In this document: positions 9,601-19,403 of the stretch, in pieces
Position numbering within the stretch: position 1 is the first letter of the stretch
How the letters are laid out: the number at the start of each line of letters is the position of its first letter
From: Rikenellaceae bacterium
GTDB taxonomy: Bacteria; Bacteroidota; Bacteroidia; Bacteroidales; Rikenellaceae
Length of the DNA stretch: 64,000 nucleotides
Reading direction: 5' to 3'
NCBI GenBank assembly: GCA_015059925.1
Contig: SUZL01000005.1
Coordinates: forward strand, 27,891-91,890
The notes under the pieces: model-generated
The model's database searches: none
What the model saw: the letters and a program-made list of their open reading frames with translations, nothing else
Told to the model about the DNA's origin: nothing
Program-made: the position numbers and the translations under genes

Positions 9601-11196
9601 ATATATCAGTTCAAAATCATCCAACCACAACACACTCTGCGTACTACCCGTAAAGTAATCTCCGTAGCGTGAAGCCGAACATACAATTATAATATGCGTC
9701 GGCACGCGGTTCGTAGCTCGGTAATCAAGCGGGATGGTGAACTCGGTCCAGTTATCAATGCTCTTTGTCAGCGGCATCTCGCCATAGGCAATCACCGCCT
9801 CACTGTTAATATCAAACGCAGTCTCCTCAATTCGACGCGTAGCAATCTCTACTGGGCTCTCATCCGTTCCGCCATACGTCGCCGCATCCCAATCTCCCAG
9901 AGCGATGTATATCATTCCAATATCCGAGTCGCCCTCCTTGATCTCCATTCCCGGCGGCTGCGTGGTAATGCGATCAATCGCGCCACAATTATACTTCAAC
10001 CAACCCTTCAGGGCCGTAGGACGTGCCGTAAACGGACGGCCGAAATTAACAATACCGTGCGTACCGTCATTCTTAACATACGAGCCGACAAATAGGTTTC
10101 CGGCAGCGAACTTACCGATACCGAATACGCTCGCGAACTTCGATGACAACCGCGCCGAGAGCTCTCCCGACGAGCCGGGCCGCACGTCAGCCACTCCCTC
10201 TGTCAGAGTCTCATTCACGATGCTTGCACCAACATTTCCCGTACCCCAGTAGGGATCACCGCCATCGGCATAGGGATATACAATGTTGTTCTTCTTGCAC
10301 CAGAGCTCAAAGCCTCCATTCTCGAGCGGCAACGCTCTCTCAGTGGTAAGCTCCACCACAGCCGACAGATCCTCGTTCGAGTAAGCAACAAACTCATAAC
10401 TCGTCAGCTCCTCCAACCCCGAGACCTTCGTCTTGAAAGTTCCGCCCGAAATCGTTGGCTTGGGGGCATCAATCCACTCCTCGCTTCCGCTCTTGCGGTA
10501 ACGGAATCCTACATCAGCACCCTCCTTGGCCTCTCCATATAACCACGCCACATTAGCCCACGCATCGGCCTGCGTAATCATCACAGAAACCTCCGTCTCC
10601 AGCACATAAATCTGCCAGCGCTCCAAATCGCCACCCAGCGCAGGATAACGCAGATAGACATATCTCACCGAACGGAAATCCGTCAACTCCTCCATCGACG
10701 GAGTCATCGTCGTAACCTCCTTGGGACCAAGCTTCATCGACGTAACGCGGATGTTGGTCAAGTCCGTTCCTTTGGGAACGTATGCCCTGACGGTGCGATT
10801 GTTTTCGTCAATCTCCGACTGTCCCACCTGCCCCGCCACCGAGAAATATCGCTCAATGGGCTGCTCTGCCTTGATGGTCCAAATATAATCCTGATACAAC
10901 GACAGCGTAACCTCAATCGGCGAACGCATATCGAACACGCCCGTGAGCTCCATCGATGCCATCGCGCCCTCGGTCAGCTCAACCTCCGTGATCTCCACCT
11001 CCGATATATCAGTCTGCTCGTCGAGCGTAAGCATCACCTCTCTCCTCTGCGCGTCAATTGCCGCACGAAACCCTTCGCCACGCAGGCTCAGAATCTCCAA
11101 CTCCTCGACGGGATAGGGGATTGTGTTCTCAATACAACCCGTAAGACACACCGCCCCCATCACCATCCACGCTATACGTTTAATCAAGTTCATCAT
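9595..11196 (-). CDS. PCMD domain-containing lipoprotein (Ig-like and FN3-like N-terminal domains)
   Basis: Lipobox LTGC; C-terminal PCMD motifs AAGNLFVG, FGRPFTARPTAL, SASRYGDYFTG, LWLDDFEL. Confidence 0.75.
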   Translation of the reverse strand: MMNLIKRIAWMVMGAVCLTGCIENTIPYPVEELEILSLRGEGFRAAIDAQRREVMLTLDEQTDISEVEITEVELTEGAMASMELTGVFDMRSPIEVTLSLYQDYIWTIKAEQPIERYFSVAGQVGQSEIDENNRTVRAYVPKGTDLTNIRVTSMKLGPKEVTTMTPSMEELTDFRSVRYVYLRYPALGGDLERWQIYVLETEVSVMITQADAWANVAWLYGEAKEGADVGFRYRKSGSEEWIDAPKPTISGGTFKTKVSGLEELTSYEFVAYSNEDLSAVVELTTERALPLENGGFELWCKKNNIVYPYADGGDPYWGTGNVGASIVNETLTEGVADVRPGSSGELSARLSSKFASVFGIGKFAAGNLFVGSYVKNDGTHGIVNFGRPFTARPTALKGWLKYNCGAIDRITTQPPGMEIKEGDSDIGMIYIALGDWDAATYGGTDESPVEIATRRIEETAFDINSEAVIAYGEMPLTKSIDNWTEFTIPLDYRATNRVPTHIIIVCSASRYGDYFTGSTQSVLWLDDFELIYE

Positions 11197-11203
11197 CTAC
11201 TTT

Positions 11204-13612
11204 TTAGTAAACCCACTGGAAGTCATCAATATACATCACATTTTTAGAGCATCCGCACATATAATCACCATATGCGCTACAAGCTGCTGATATTACAATA
11301 CTATATTTCGCTGGTTCCTTCGATGGATCCGATGGGTTAGAGGGGTTAGTAACTTTATCATAAAACTCAAATGGGATATCCACCGTCACCATTGAATCTC
11401 CATCCGTTGACTTATCTATCAACAATGAAGCATAACCAATAATTGCGCCACTTCCTGCAAGTGATGTTATTGCGGTCGGCTCAAAGCATCCCGTTGGAGC
11501 AGATGTTCCCGATGTAACACCTGGGCGTGCCGACCAATCTACTATCAAGGCGTAAATACGAGCAACATCCTGATCACCTTCCTTCAATGGAAAATTTCCC
11601 GTTTCATCCTTATACAACGCGATATCCGCTTTTCCAACTGTTGCGTGATATTTTACACGCAACGCAGTCGGGCGAGCCTGCCAAGTATAAGGTTGGCCAA
11701 ATCCTACCGTACCAGCCATACCATTCATCGTAAATGTTCCAGTGAATAAGTTTCCTGACGCCAATACTCCAGCCATTGCAGAAGAAGATGTTAGTACAGC
11801 CGCCTTACTTCCCCCATTTCCATCCTTAGAGCCTTGTGTACACAAGTTTGTTTTGGCCCAATTATTTCCACTACCCCAGAATGACGCATTACTATTATTC
11901 TGCCCCCAGCACGATAGTGAAGAACTTTCAAAATCTGCATACGGAATCGGCTGTTCCACTGTTGTTGTAAATGTTCCACTCGGTCCATAGTCCGAACCAT
12001 CAACTACCAACTGATACTCATAAGTACCGTTAGCAAAAATACTCTTATCCGAGTCTGGTGTATAGATTGTCTTACTATTAACATTGGTACCTTCACTCCA
12101 CGCTGCAACAGATGTTCCACCGTAAACATTACCCGTAGTATTTGAAAGACCAACCGTTACCCAATCGCCATAGCTGCCAGTGCCTTTCACTTTACGGAAC
12201 TTTACTGCTACATTTGTTGCCGTCTGGGTTACTACAGCATTAAATTTAGCTGTATTGAGCCACAAATCTATATCAGTAGGCTTCGTCAATCCCTGATTCA
12301 AGAAAGTAGTTCTAAACTTTCCAACCTCTGTCATACCATCGTAAGCCGAGAGTCTAAAATCCTGCTCTCCTCCGGCAAGTGTAGCAAAAAACGCAGGCTT
12401 TACTTCAACATTAAACTCCTTACCTTCATTTCCAATAGGAGTGACTGTAATCATATTTGATCCTTCAGACACATAATTACCCTTATCCCACAACTTCTCC
12501 TCATTCAATCCAAAACCATCAATCTTATTAATCGATGTTACATTAAATGATATATCAGAAGTGCCTACAACATAAACATTATCATTATCTTCATCCTCAA
12601 TCCAAGTATTTCCGTCTAACGGGATAATCTCAGGCTCAGGCTTAAATGTAATTTGCTCATCAAACGTCTCTACCGTCTCATCCACTTCCACATCAATCGT
12701 AATACTACCATCAGGCAACTGCGAGTATCTAAACTGCAATGCATAAGCCTTACCGGGCTCAACCACAATCTGACCAGCGCGATCAAACTTAGTTACCACA
12801 CCCCCTGGAGCTGTTGTGCCTTCATTCGAATCTGCCGAGTTCGATCCCTCCGTTGAGCCCCCCTCTGCTGCAGTCGCAGGCTGATCCTCCGCAGGTGCAA
12901 CGTGCTCACCTGTGATCACCCAAGAGATTGTCCTGACACCCTTAGGCATAAGGAAATAAGCAGAATCCTTTCCCACATACGAGGCTGTGCTACCACTTAC
13001 TGCCGTTCCGAAATCCAGACGATCCACTCCTGTTGAAGCTGCATAGGCTGTATCAAAATCCGTCTTTTTCTTATCTTTAACTTCGGTTGGGTTATTACCC
13101 AATTGCATTGCAGCAAGACTAATTCCCACATTACGCAGGTATTGATTCTCACCCTCATCTTCATCAAGGACAACACCCACTTGCACGTGCTGAGGATTGC
13201 ACTCAACCTCTGCCATAACAGAACCTCCAGCAGCGACCGCTACGCCTTTTTCACCGATATAATAGATCTTTTCACGATAATCTTCAACATCCGAACCTTT
13301 GAACTTTGTTGTATGGTCCTTATCACGAGCCTCAACCTTGAATGTATAATCTCCCGCAACCAACGCAATTTTCTCGGGGATCACATCGTCCTCTGTGTAA
13401 ATTCTAACAAGACGATTATCCTCATCGTAGATTCTCACACGCAACTCCTCGGGTGTAAAATCATCACCCACACGCGTATGCTCTTTTGTCGAGATACTAA
13501 GGCTCACGCTACCCATACCCTCTTCTGTTGAGATCTGGTCGAGTCCCTCTTGGCAGGCCGCAACAATCAGTGCCATAGCCGCCAACAATATATATTTTAA
13601 TATCGTTTTCAT
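11204..13612 (-). CDS. DUF4493-like + PCMD domain lipoprotein
   Basis: Lipobox VAAC, TR motif, LVAGDYTFKV and VEC..QHVQVGV DUF4493-like segments; C-terminal SGNLFTG, FGQPY..ARPTAL, YGDYMCG, MYIDDF. Confidence 0.7.
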   Translation of the reverse strand: MKTILKYILLAAMALIVAACQEGLDQISTEEGMGSVSLSISTKEHTRVGDDFTPEELRVRIYDEDNRLVRIYTEDDVIPEKIALVAGDYTFKVEARDKDHTTKFKGSDVEDYREKIYYIGEKGVAVAAGGSVMAEVECNPQHVQVGVVLDEDEGENQYLRNVGISLAAMQLGNNPTEVKDKKKTDFDTAYAASTGVDRLDFGTAVSGSTASYVGKDSAYFLMPKGVRTISWVITGEHVAPAEDQPATAAEGGSTEGSNSADSNEGTTAPGGVVTKFDRAGQIVVEPGKAYALQFRYSQLPDGSITIDVEVDETVETFDEQITFKPEPEIIPLDGNTWIEDEDNDNVYVVGTSDISFNVTSINKIDGFGLNEEKLWDKGNYVSEGSNMITVTPIGNEGKEFNVEVKPAFFATLAGGEQDFRLSAYDGMTEVGKFRTTFLNQGLTKPTDIDLWLNTAKFNAVVTQTATNVAVKFRKVKGTGSYGDWVTVGLSNTTGNVYGGTSVAAWSEGTNVNSKTIYTPDSDKSIFANGTYEYQLVVDGSDYGPSGTFTTTVEQPIPYADFESSSLSCWGQNNSNASFWGSGNNWAKTNLCTQGSKDGNGGSKAAVLTSSSAMAGVLASGNLFTGTFTMNGMAGTVGFGQPYTWQARPTALRVKYHATVGKADIALYKDETGNFPLKEGDQDVARIYALIVDWSARPGVTSGTSAPTGCFEPTAITSLAGSGAIIGYASLLIDKSTDGDSMVTVDIPFEFYDKVTNPSNPSDPSKEPAKYSIVISAACSAYGDYMCGCSKNVMYIDDFQWVY

Positions 13613-13616
13613 AGTA

Positions 13617-15821
13617 TTATTTATTACTCGACTTTATAAGTTTTAATTCTTTAGTCGTTTCTCCATTGTTATCTCCGACTGTCAATATAAATATTGCACT
13701 TTCCTCAGACTCTAAAAGCTTAGATAGCATTGGCATAAAAGTGGTAATCGAGAACTCCGCCTCCATCTCTCCTTCCCAAGATGTTCTGCCATTGGGCAAG
13801 AATCCCAGTCCTTGCAAACCAGCACTCATATTACCTGGAGTAATTAAATCAATATGTGATCCAAGACCAACCCTAGCCAACTCTTCTTCCGACAACTTTT
13901 CACTTACAATATCAATTTCAAATTTAGTAAAGCCGCCCTTTGCTGTAGATATAGCCAAGATTGTACATTTAAGATCTTCTGTCAGCTCTTGTTCTTCATC
14001 AATATTATGCTCCAGCCACTTAATCGTCGGCGGATTATCATTATACTCCACATCTCCCGATCCTGAACCGCCGCTACCGGCTGAGCCAATGTTACATCCC
14101 GTCAAGCCACCGCTCTTAATCACCAAGTCAGTGTACTTCATTCTGTCCTCAGAATCCTTCGTCCAGACCTTAATATTATGTGTTCCGGGATAAGAATTCT
14201 GCAAAGCAGTCATTCCGTGATCGCTTAACTTAACCACAATATTAGGCGCTGTAGTCGCAGGATTCTCAACCACAAAATAACTCACTTCCGTGTCTGCATC
14301 AGCAAGCGTCGATACTCCTGAATAGAATGTAACTCGTCCTTCCGTATAGCCCGCCTTTTCCAATGCTGCCATAAGATCGCTATTATCTGACGATATCACA
14401 GCATACACCTCCTTGATAGTGGTATTATTAGAGGGCGTTACCGTCATCTGCAAGTTAGCATTCCACTTACCCATTTGAGTGTCATAGCCATCCTTGGCTA
14501 TCACAGCCTCATCGTCATCCACGGGAATATTAAACTGTACACTCGGAGCCGACGGGTCAATATCAGGCACTTCCTCCTCTTGATAGGTGTTTGTGCTAAA
14601 GAACAACTTCTGCACATCAACATCAATCGTCTCGTCAAATACATAACTATCGATCGTCACCTCAAACTGTACATCTCCCTCCGTATTATGGTCGATATCG
14701 ATCGAGATGCGACGCCACTGCGCAGCCTTCACTCCTTTAATCTCACGCTCCATCGAAACGTAAGTAAGATTTTTGTAGTAACTACTATTATTTCCATTTG
14801 TAGCCAAATCCGTTATTGCGGCCTGCAAATTATCAATCGAAACATTCAGATAGACGCCCTCCATCTTAAAGACCATCGTGTTTCCGCTTCCATCATTTGC
14901 TCCCGCGTGATCCTTGAAATAGACGAACGGGCCGCCCGAAATAGTTGTAACGGCACTCTCTCCGGTTCCTGTAGTAGTCTCTACACCGTGATTTGAACTA
15001 TATGGGAAAACGTACGAATATGTCTCATTCTCTTCAGGCTCATCAGGCTCAATCGTTACAGTTGTCTGCAAGCCAGGAGCTTCTTCAGTATCTTCTGCTT
15101 TTGCCTTGACATCAAGAGAATTTGTTTCATCAAACCACTCCAACATATCCGCCGACATCTCAACCGTCACAAGCGTCTGCGCCAACTTACAAGTAATCTC
15201 CACAGGAGTCGAAGTGGCATTACCCTCCAAATCCTCGGCCGACACTACCGTAACAGTATTAAATCCCATATAATATGCAGGAGTCGTCTGATTCGTATCA
15301 GTATTCTCATCCTCAGCTATCACATTGGGGATATTTGCACCCTTAGTCGCATCCTTATACGCCCACACGGTGTACTCTCCCGGCGGAAGCACAATACCCT
15401 TAAGCTTAAGTTTTGATCCATTAATCAACGTAACCTCGGTACCTTCTCCTGTATTCAATGCTGTAACATCAGCATAGGTCATTCCCGTACCCTGCGTATC
15501 TCCATTAATATCCACAACCTCGCCATCAGCATCGAACACTTCGATCCAATAGTTATTGAGATTCTCCTCTACTCCATTCGGATTAGGCACTCGATATTCA
15601 TTACCATTCTCACCATCCGTGCGTGTCGCCGAATTCGAGCCTCTGTCCAGATGCTCGTTATCGGTATTCACCGTCAGCGACTCAATCACCAACGAGCCCC
15701 ATTGTCCACTCTGATTTGTAGGCTTCTTCGGCTCGTCCAACTCGTCAAGACTGCACGACACGAGCGTCAGCACCGCTACCGCGGGCAGCAATCTTTCGAT
15801 GTAACGTCTAAATCTTTTCAT
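13617..15821 (-). CDS. DUF4493-like lipoprotein with C-terminal extension
   Basis: Lipobox LVSC, TR motif, LPPGEYTVWAY, PAYYMG, ITCKLAQTLVTV; C-terminal GFTKFEIDI..LGFL..FSITTFMPML module. Confidence 0.65.
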   Translation of the reverse strand: MKRFRRYIERLLPAVAVLTLVSCSLDELDEPKKPTNQSGQWGSLVIESLTVNTDNEHLDRGSNSATRTDGENGNEYRVPNPNGVEENLNNYWIEVFDADGEVVDINGDTQGTGMTYADVTALNTGEGTEVTLINGSKLKLKGIVLPPGEYTVWAYKDATKGANIPNVIAEDENTDTNQTTPAYYMGFNTVTVVSAEDLEGNATSTPVEITCKLAQTLVTVEMSADMLEWFDETNSLDVKAKAEDTEEAPGLQTTVTIEPDEPEENETYSYVFPYSSNHGVETTTGTGESAVTTISGGPFVYFKDHAGANDGSGNTMVFKMEGVYLNVSIDNLQAAITDLATNGNNSSYYKNLTYVSMEREIKGVKAAQWRRISIDIDHNTEGDVQFEVTIDSYVFDETIDVDVQKLFFSTNTYQEEEVPDIDPSAPSVQFNIPVDDDEAVIAKDGYDTQMGKWNANLQMTVTPSNNTTIKEVYAVISSDNSDLMAALEKAGYTEGRVTFYSGVSTLADADTEVSYFVVENPATTAPNIVVKLSDHGMTALQNSYPGTHNIKVWTKDSEDRMKYTDLVIKSGGLTGCNIGSAGSGGSGSGDVEYNDNPPTIKWLEHNIDEEQELTEDLKCTILAISTAKGGFTKFEIDIVSEKLSEEELARVGLGSHIDLITPGNMSAGLQGLGFLPNGRTSWEGEMEAEFSITTFMPMLSKLLESEESAIFILTVGDNNGETTKELKLIKSSNK

Positions 15822-15855
15822 ATCTTTATGTTTTTATTCTCTCGTTAATTTTCGA

Positions 15856-17112
15856 TTACGCTGCGGACTGATCTCCCGAGCCAGTTCCTGCTCCCGAGCC
15901 AGTTCCTGAACCAGTTCCAGTTCCCGAGCCCTCAGAGCCACTGCCGCTCTGCGAGCCGCTTTGCGTATTATCTTCCTCAGTCTCCTCGGGGCGCAGCTCA
16001 ATGATTTTAACCTCTGCCTCACCATAGTCATTATATGTAATGGTCAGACCAGCGCTTCCGGCAGTCTTATGTCCCACGCGCAGTGTATACATCGTACCTG
16101 CCGCCAAATCAATTGCTTTACCAGCGTCATCCACAGGCTTAATCTCAGCGGGCTCTCCGTCAGGCTTTCCATTCTGGGTGAAATACACCTTCACGCCATT
16201 CTGCTTTTTCGCCCATCCGCTCAACTCCAGCACCGTCGTAAACTCACTCTGCTGCGTCTCAACCAATCCATTGCTCTTTCCACCGTCGATTTTGATCGGC
16301 TCGCTCACATTGAAGAAATAGAGCTTATCCGCATCCGAATTCCACGCGATGACCTCATTCGTATCCACAGGTGTCGTTGCTGTTCCTCCAGCTACCGTGC
16401 TCGTTGTGCTCTTCGTGGGATTGAACTTAAACTCCCCATCGGCCGTATGAATCACCAACTCCAACTCGGTGTAGTAATCCATCAGCGCCTGCGTCGTCTG
16501 CAACTTAAAGCAGCTGTTCATCAACTTCATCTCGGCCGCAACCTCAATTGTCTCGAGCGCCTTCACTTGGAACTCATCGTTCTCTGCCGTCTCATACACA
16601 AAGTACGGATTATTCACCGCCTCCGCAATCTTGCCAGCCTTCATCTCGGGGCGGCTCTCGATGCGTGCTTGGTAGTAACCGCGCTGCAACTCGATGTTCT
16701 CATAATCCGTCATCGGATCCCAGCCTCTGGCGTAAGGTGTCTCCGACAAGTTGTCCTTGTCATCCCCCTCTTTGGTTGATGGATCGTCATACGTTCCCCA
16801 TATTCGCAGAGCAAGTTTGCTCTTGTCAATCTCGGTTGTTGGATTACCGTTCGCATCCTTCGTGTAGAGCAGATTCGTAATAAAATCGGGAAGTTTCGCC
16901 TTCCCCTCGGGCACCTGCTCTCCATCGGTTGTCTCGCCCGCACGGGTGATCTCCTCGTTTACGACCCCATCGACCTCGCACTCAAACGCGATTCGTCCCG
17001 GGTCGCTCGTCACGCGCTCAGGAACAAGCTGATCCTCAAAATTGCAGGCAGTCATAGCCATAGCCACCCCCCACAACGCGAGCGCACGAATTGATAATTG
17101 TTTAATTTTCAT
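15856..17112 (-). CDS. DUF4493-like pilin-type lipoprotein with Gly/Ser/Thr tail
   Basis: Lipobox MTAC, TRA motif, LQRGYYQA, NPYF, MKLMNSCFKL; low-complexity C-terminus. Confidence 0.6.
   Translation of the reverse strand: MKIKQLSIRALALWGVAMAMTACNFEDQLVPERVTSDPGRIAFECEVDGVVNEEITRAGETTDGEQVPEGKAKLPDFITNLLYTKDANGNPTTEIDKSKLALRIWGTYDDPSTKEGDDKDNLSETPYARGWDPMTDYENIELQRGYYQARIESRPEMKAGKIAEAVNNPYFVYETAENDEFQVKALETIEVAAEMKLMNSCFKLQTTQALMDYYTELELVIHTADGEFKFNPTKSTTSTVAGGTATTPVDTNEVIAWNSDADKLYFFNVSEPIKIDGGKSNGLVETQQSEFTTVLELSGWAKKQNGVKVYFTQNGKPDGEPAEIKPVDDAGKAIDLAAGTMYTLRVGHKTAGSAGLTITYNDYGEAEVKIIELRPEETEEDNTQSGSQSGSGSEGSGTGTGSGTGSGAGTGSGDQSAA
15872..15960 (-). repeat. Degenerate 6/18-bp tandem repeat encoding (GSGT/GSGA)n
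   Basis: CCCGAGCCAGTTCCTG occurs twice, with further variants; encodes SGSQSGSGSEGSGTGTGSGTGSGAGTGSG. Confidence 0.8.
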
Positions 17113-17134
17113 TTGGTTTGCTATTTTGTTTAAT

Positions 17135-19174
17135 TTAATTTGCTATTGAAACTTTGATATTATCGAGATAAAGCCAAGCGTCACTATTACCCACGGTTCT
17201 TCCATGAGAATAAACATCCCACGCTAGACGATACGTATTATTAGGACAATTCTTAATAATATACGAAGTATATTGGCTAATATCATCATAACTACCACCT
17301 ACTATAGTTATGCCAGAAGTAATAGGATTGCTCAATGTAGTATTTCCATCAGGACTCTGAAGAGCTCCTCCTGTTTTCTTACCTCCTATAACACCTGAAG
17401 TACTATGATATCCCCAAGCAGCATAATGCGTATGTTTAGTGTCGTCATTTGCAAATGCCCAATTAAAAGAAACCATAACATTCACTGCGGATGAAATATT
17501 TTGAATTTTAGGAGAATCTAGTCTGCCTGCATAACGAGCAGTTCCCAATATTCCAGCCGCCTCTGTTCTAATATCAACTCGAATAGCTTTGCCTGCAGAT
17601 GCACCACATCTAGCGCCAGTCCACCCAGGAAGACCAGCGATAGATTCTAAGGAAGTGCCTGATACATCCGTAGAAAACGTGTCCCCATTAACATTATCGT
17701 TATAAGAAAATCCTTTGACATTACTAAAATCCTCATAAAACAAATATGGCACTACCATTTTTGCCTGATTCATTTTAGAAATCTGTAGAGGAGTATCCAA
17801 TACTTTAATTGTTGTGTCTTCAAACTTTGTATCAGTAGTTGACAACGGAATTGTACGATTTTGTATTGATGCGTGAGCTGATATATATGATATCCCTAAT
17901 GATGATGGATTACCTATTACTGTAACAGTAAACGTCTGAGGGCTATTATTATCTGGTGTAAGCGAAATAGAATTCGCAGATACTATATCAGTAGTAAATG
18001 GTTTTATAAATGTATAACCATCAGCAGAAAGTATAATATTAGATAGCTGCTCACCCAAGTTATTTTTTTCAACTATAAACTTCAAGCCAGCACCTTCTCC
18101 GTAAGGTGAAGAAGGAATTGTCAAATCCACAGGTGTAATTCGACCTGCAAAGAGAGTTTTATTAATTGATGCTGATTTAATTTCTGCCGCGGGAAGGCCT
18201 GCCGAATCATACACTTGGAACGAAATTTCTCCATTGAGTACTTCGGGCTTTATATGCACCCACACATATCGGCCATTCGCATTCAAGAGATTCTCGTCTG
18301 GCAAATCGATAGTAACCTTATTGCTTTGGCCACTCCACACGACCTCCCCGGTCTTAACATTAACCTTCGCCGTTCCGCCGACAACCGCCTGCGGGAACGT
18401 TATCTCCAGTCGTTTCACATCGCGTCCCAAAAGATTTCTTCTCTCGGGCACACGGATTCGCATCATATGGAGCAGGTGCTTCATTCTCAACTCGGGCTGA
18501 CGCCACACCTCAATACTTCCGCTACCATCGCGCTCGACAAGTGCCGCACCCGACACCTCGCCCCACATAATATCGTACGCAGGGTTGTACTCCCCGCTCT
18601 GATTAGCCGACAAAGTGTAAGTAACCTCTGTGCCATTGAGCGTAATTCCACTGACCGCGCTCTCTACCCCCTGCTTATTTCGGCTCTTGGGAGAGGGATA
18701 GATAGCGTAATAAGTGTAGTCATAATCGCGATCCATCGTATTGGCCACCGTCGCTGTGAAATCCGCCGAATGATAGTCGTGATTAAAATGCGCCAACGAG
18801 AAAACCGTCTGCGCAAAAGTCCATTCCTGCGGACTAACAGCTGGCTCAGCCCACACCATAATCTGATCGGCAACTTCTTTTCCCTCCTTCTCATCATAAT
18901 AACAAGACCAAAAGATAGGTTGTTCGGTGTCTGTGGCAGGCCCCAATTCGGTACGCGTTGAATTATCCGCTGCAGGCGCAAGCTCCGCTCCGACCTCGAT
19001 CACATCATCCACATTCTCCATCGCGCGCGTAGCACCACCCTGCGAAGCACGAATCACAAGCTCAACAGGCTGCTGCACGGCACTCTCGCCCTCACTCTTC
19101 TCGAGGCTACACCCCATAAGGAAGATTGACGCAAAAATCAAAAGTATGTAATTTCTTATATGCACTTTTTTCAC
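17135..19174 (-). CDS. Fimbrillin (Mfa/Fim-like) family lipoprotein with variable C-terminal domain
   Basis: Lipobox LMGC, TRA/TRT motifs, YYAIYP, Q.G.YNP.YDIMWG and MKHLLHMMRI typical of fimbrillin-like proteins; ends WLYLDNIKVSIAN. Confidence 0.7.
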   Translation of the reverse strand: MKKVHIRNYILLIFASIFLMGCSLEKSEGESAVQQPVELVIRASQGGATRAMENVDDVIEVGAELAPAADNSTRTELGPATDTEQPIFWSCYYDEKEGKEVADQIMVWAEPAVSPQEWTFAQTVFSLAHFNHDYHSADFTATVANTMDRDYDYTYYAIYPSPKSRNKQGVESAVSGITLNGTEVTYTLSANQSGEYNPAYDIMWGEVSGAALVERDGSGSIEVWRQPELRMKHLLHMMRIRVPERRNLLGRDVKRLEITFPQAVVGGTAKVNVKTGEVVWSGQSNKVTIDLPDENLLNANGRYVWVHIKPEVLNGEISFQVYDSAGLPAAEIKSASINKTLFAGRITPVDLTIPSSPYGEGAGLKFIVEKNNLGEQLSNIILSADGYTFIKPFTTDIVSANSISLTPDNNSPQTFTVTVIGNPSSLGISYISAHASIQNRTIPLSTTDTKFEDTTIKVLDTPLQISKMNQAKMVVPYLFYEDFSNVKGFSYNDNVNGDTFSTDVSGTSLESIAGLPGWTGARCGASAGKAIRVDIRTEAAGILGTARYAGRLDSPKIQNISSAVNVMVSFNWAFANDDTKHTHYAAWGYHSTSGVIGGKKTGGALQSPDGNTTLSNPITSGITIVGGSYDDISQYTSYIIKNCPNNTYRLAWDVYSHGRTVGNSDAWLYLDNIKVSIAN

Positions 19175-19194
19175 AAATGAACATTATTGGTACG

Positions 19195-19223
19195 CAAAAA
19201 TAAAAACATTGATTTATCGCAAA
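19195..19223 (-). promoter_or_regulatory. Putative sigma-A promoter for the lipoprotein operon
   Basis: Minus strand TTTG-N17-TATTTTTG, about 20 bp upstream of the ATG at 19174; spacer is short. Confidence 0.5.
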
Positions 19224-19373
19224 AAATAATTTCAACCAACGCGTTTTATTTAATAATGAAACGACGTTTCCACCTCGCTAACTTCTTAAAAGATGGGCAA
19301 CTGCGTTACTTACTATTCATTATGAAATTATATGCGTTCATTGAAATTTAATCTTCGTGTGCGAGTTTTTATA

Positions 19374-19381
19374 TATATTTG
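19374..19381 (+). promoter_or_regulatory. -7 element for the beta-barrel pair
   Basis: TATATTTG 22 bp upstream of ATG 19404. Confidence 0.55.
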
Positions 19382-19403
19382 CGACACTGAATTTTGGACG
19401 ATA

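Noticed and set aside
17135-17500. Possible diversity-generating retroelement target at the fimbrillin C-terminus
   Set aside because: No reverse transcriptase, no template/variable repeat pair differing at adenines and no CLec-like motif in the window. A remote DGR cannot be excluded without the genome.
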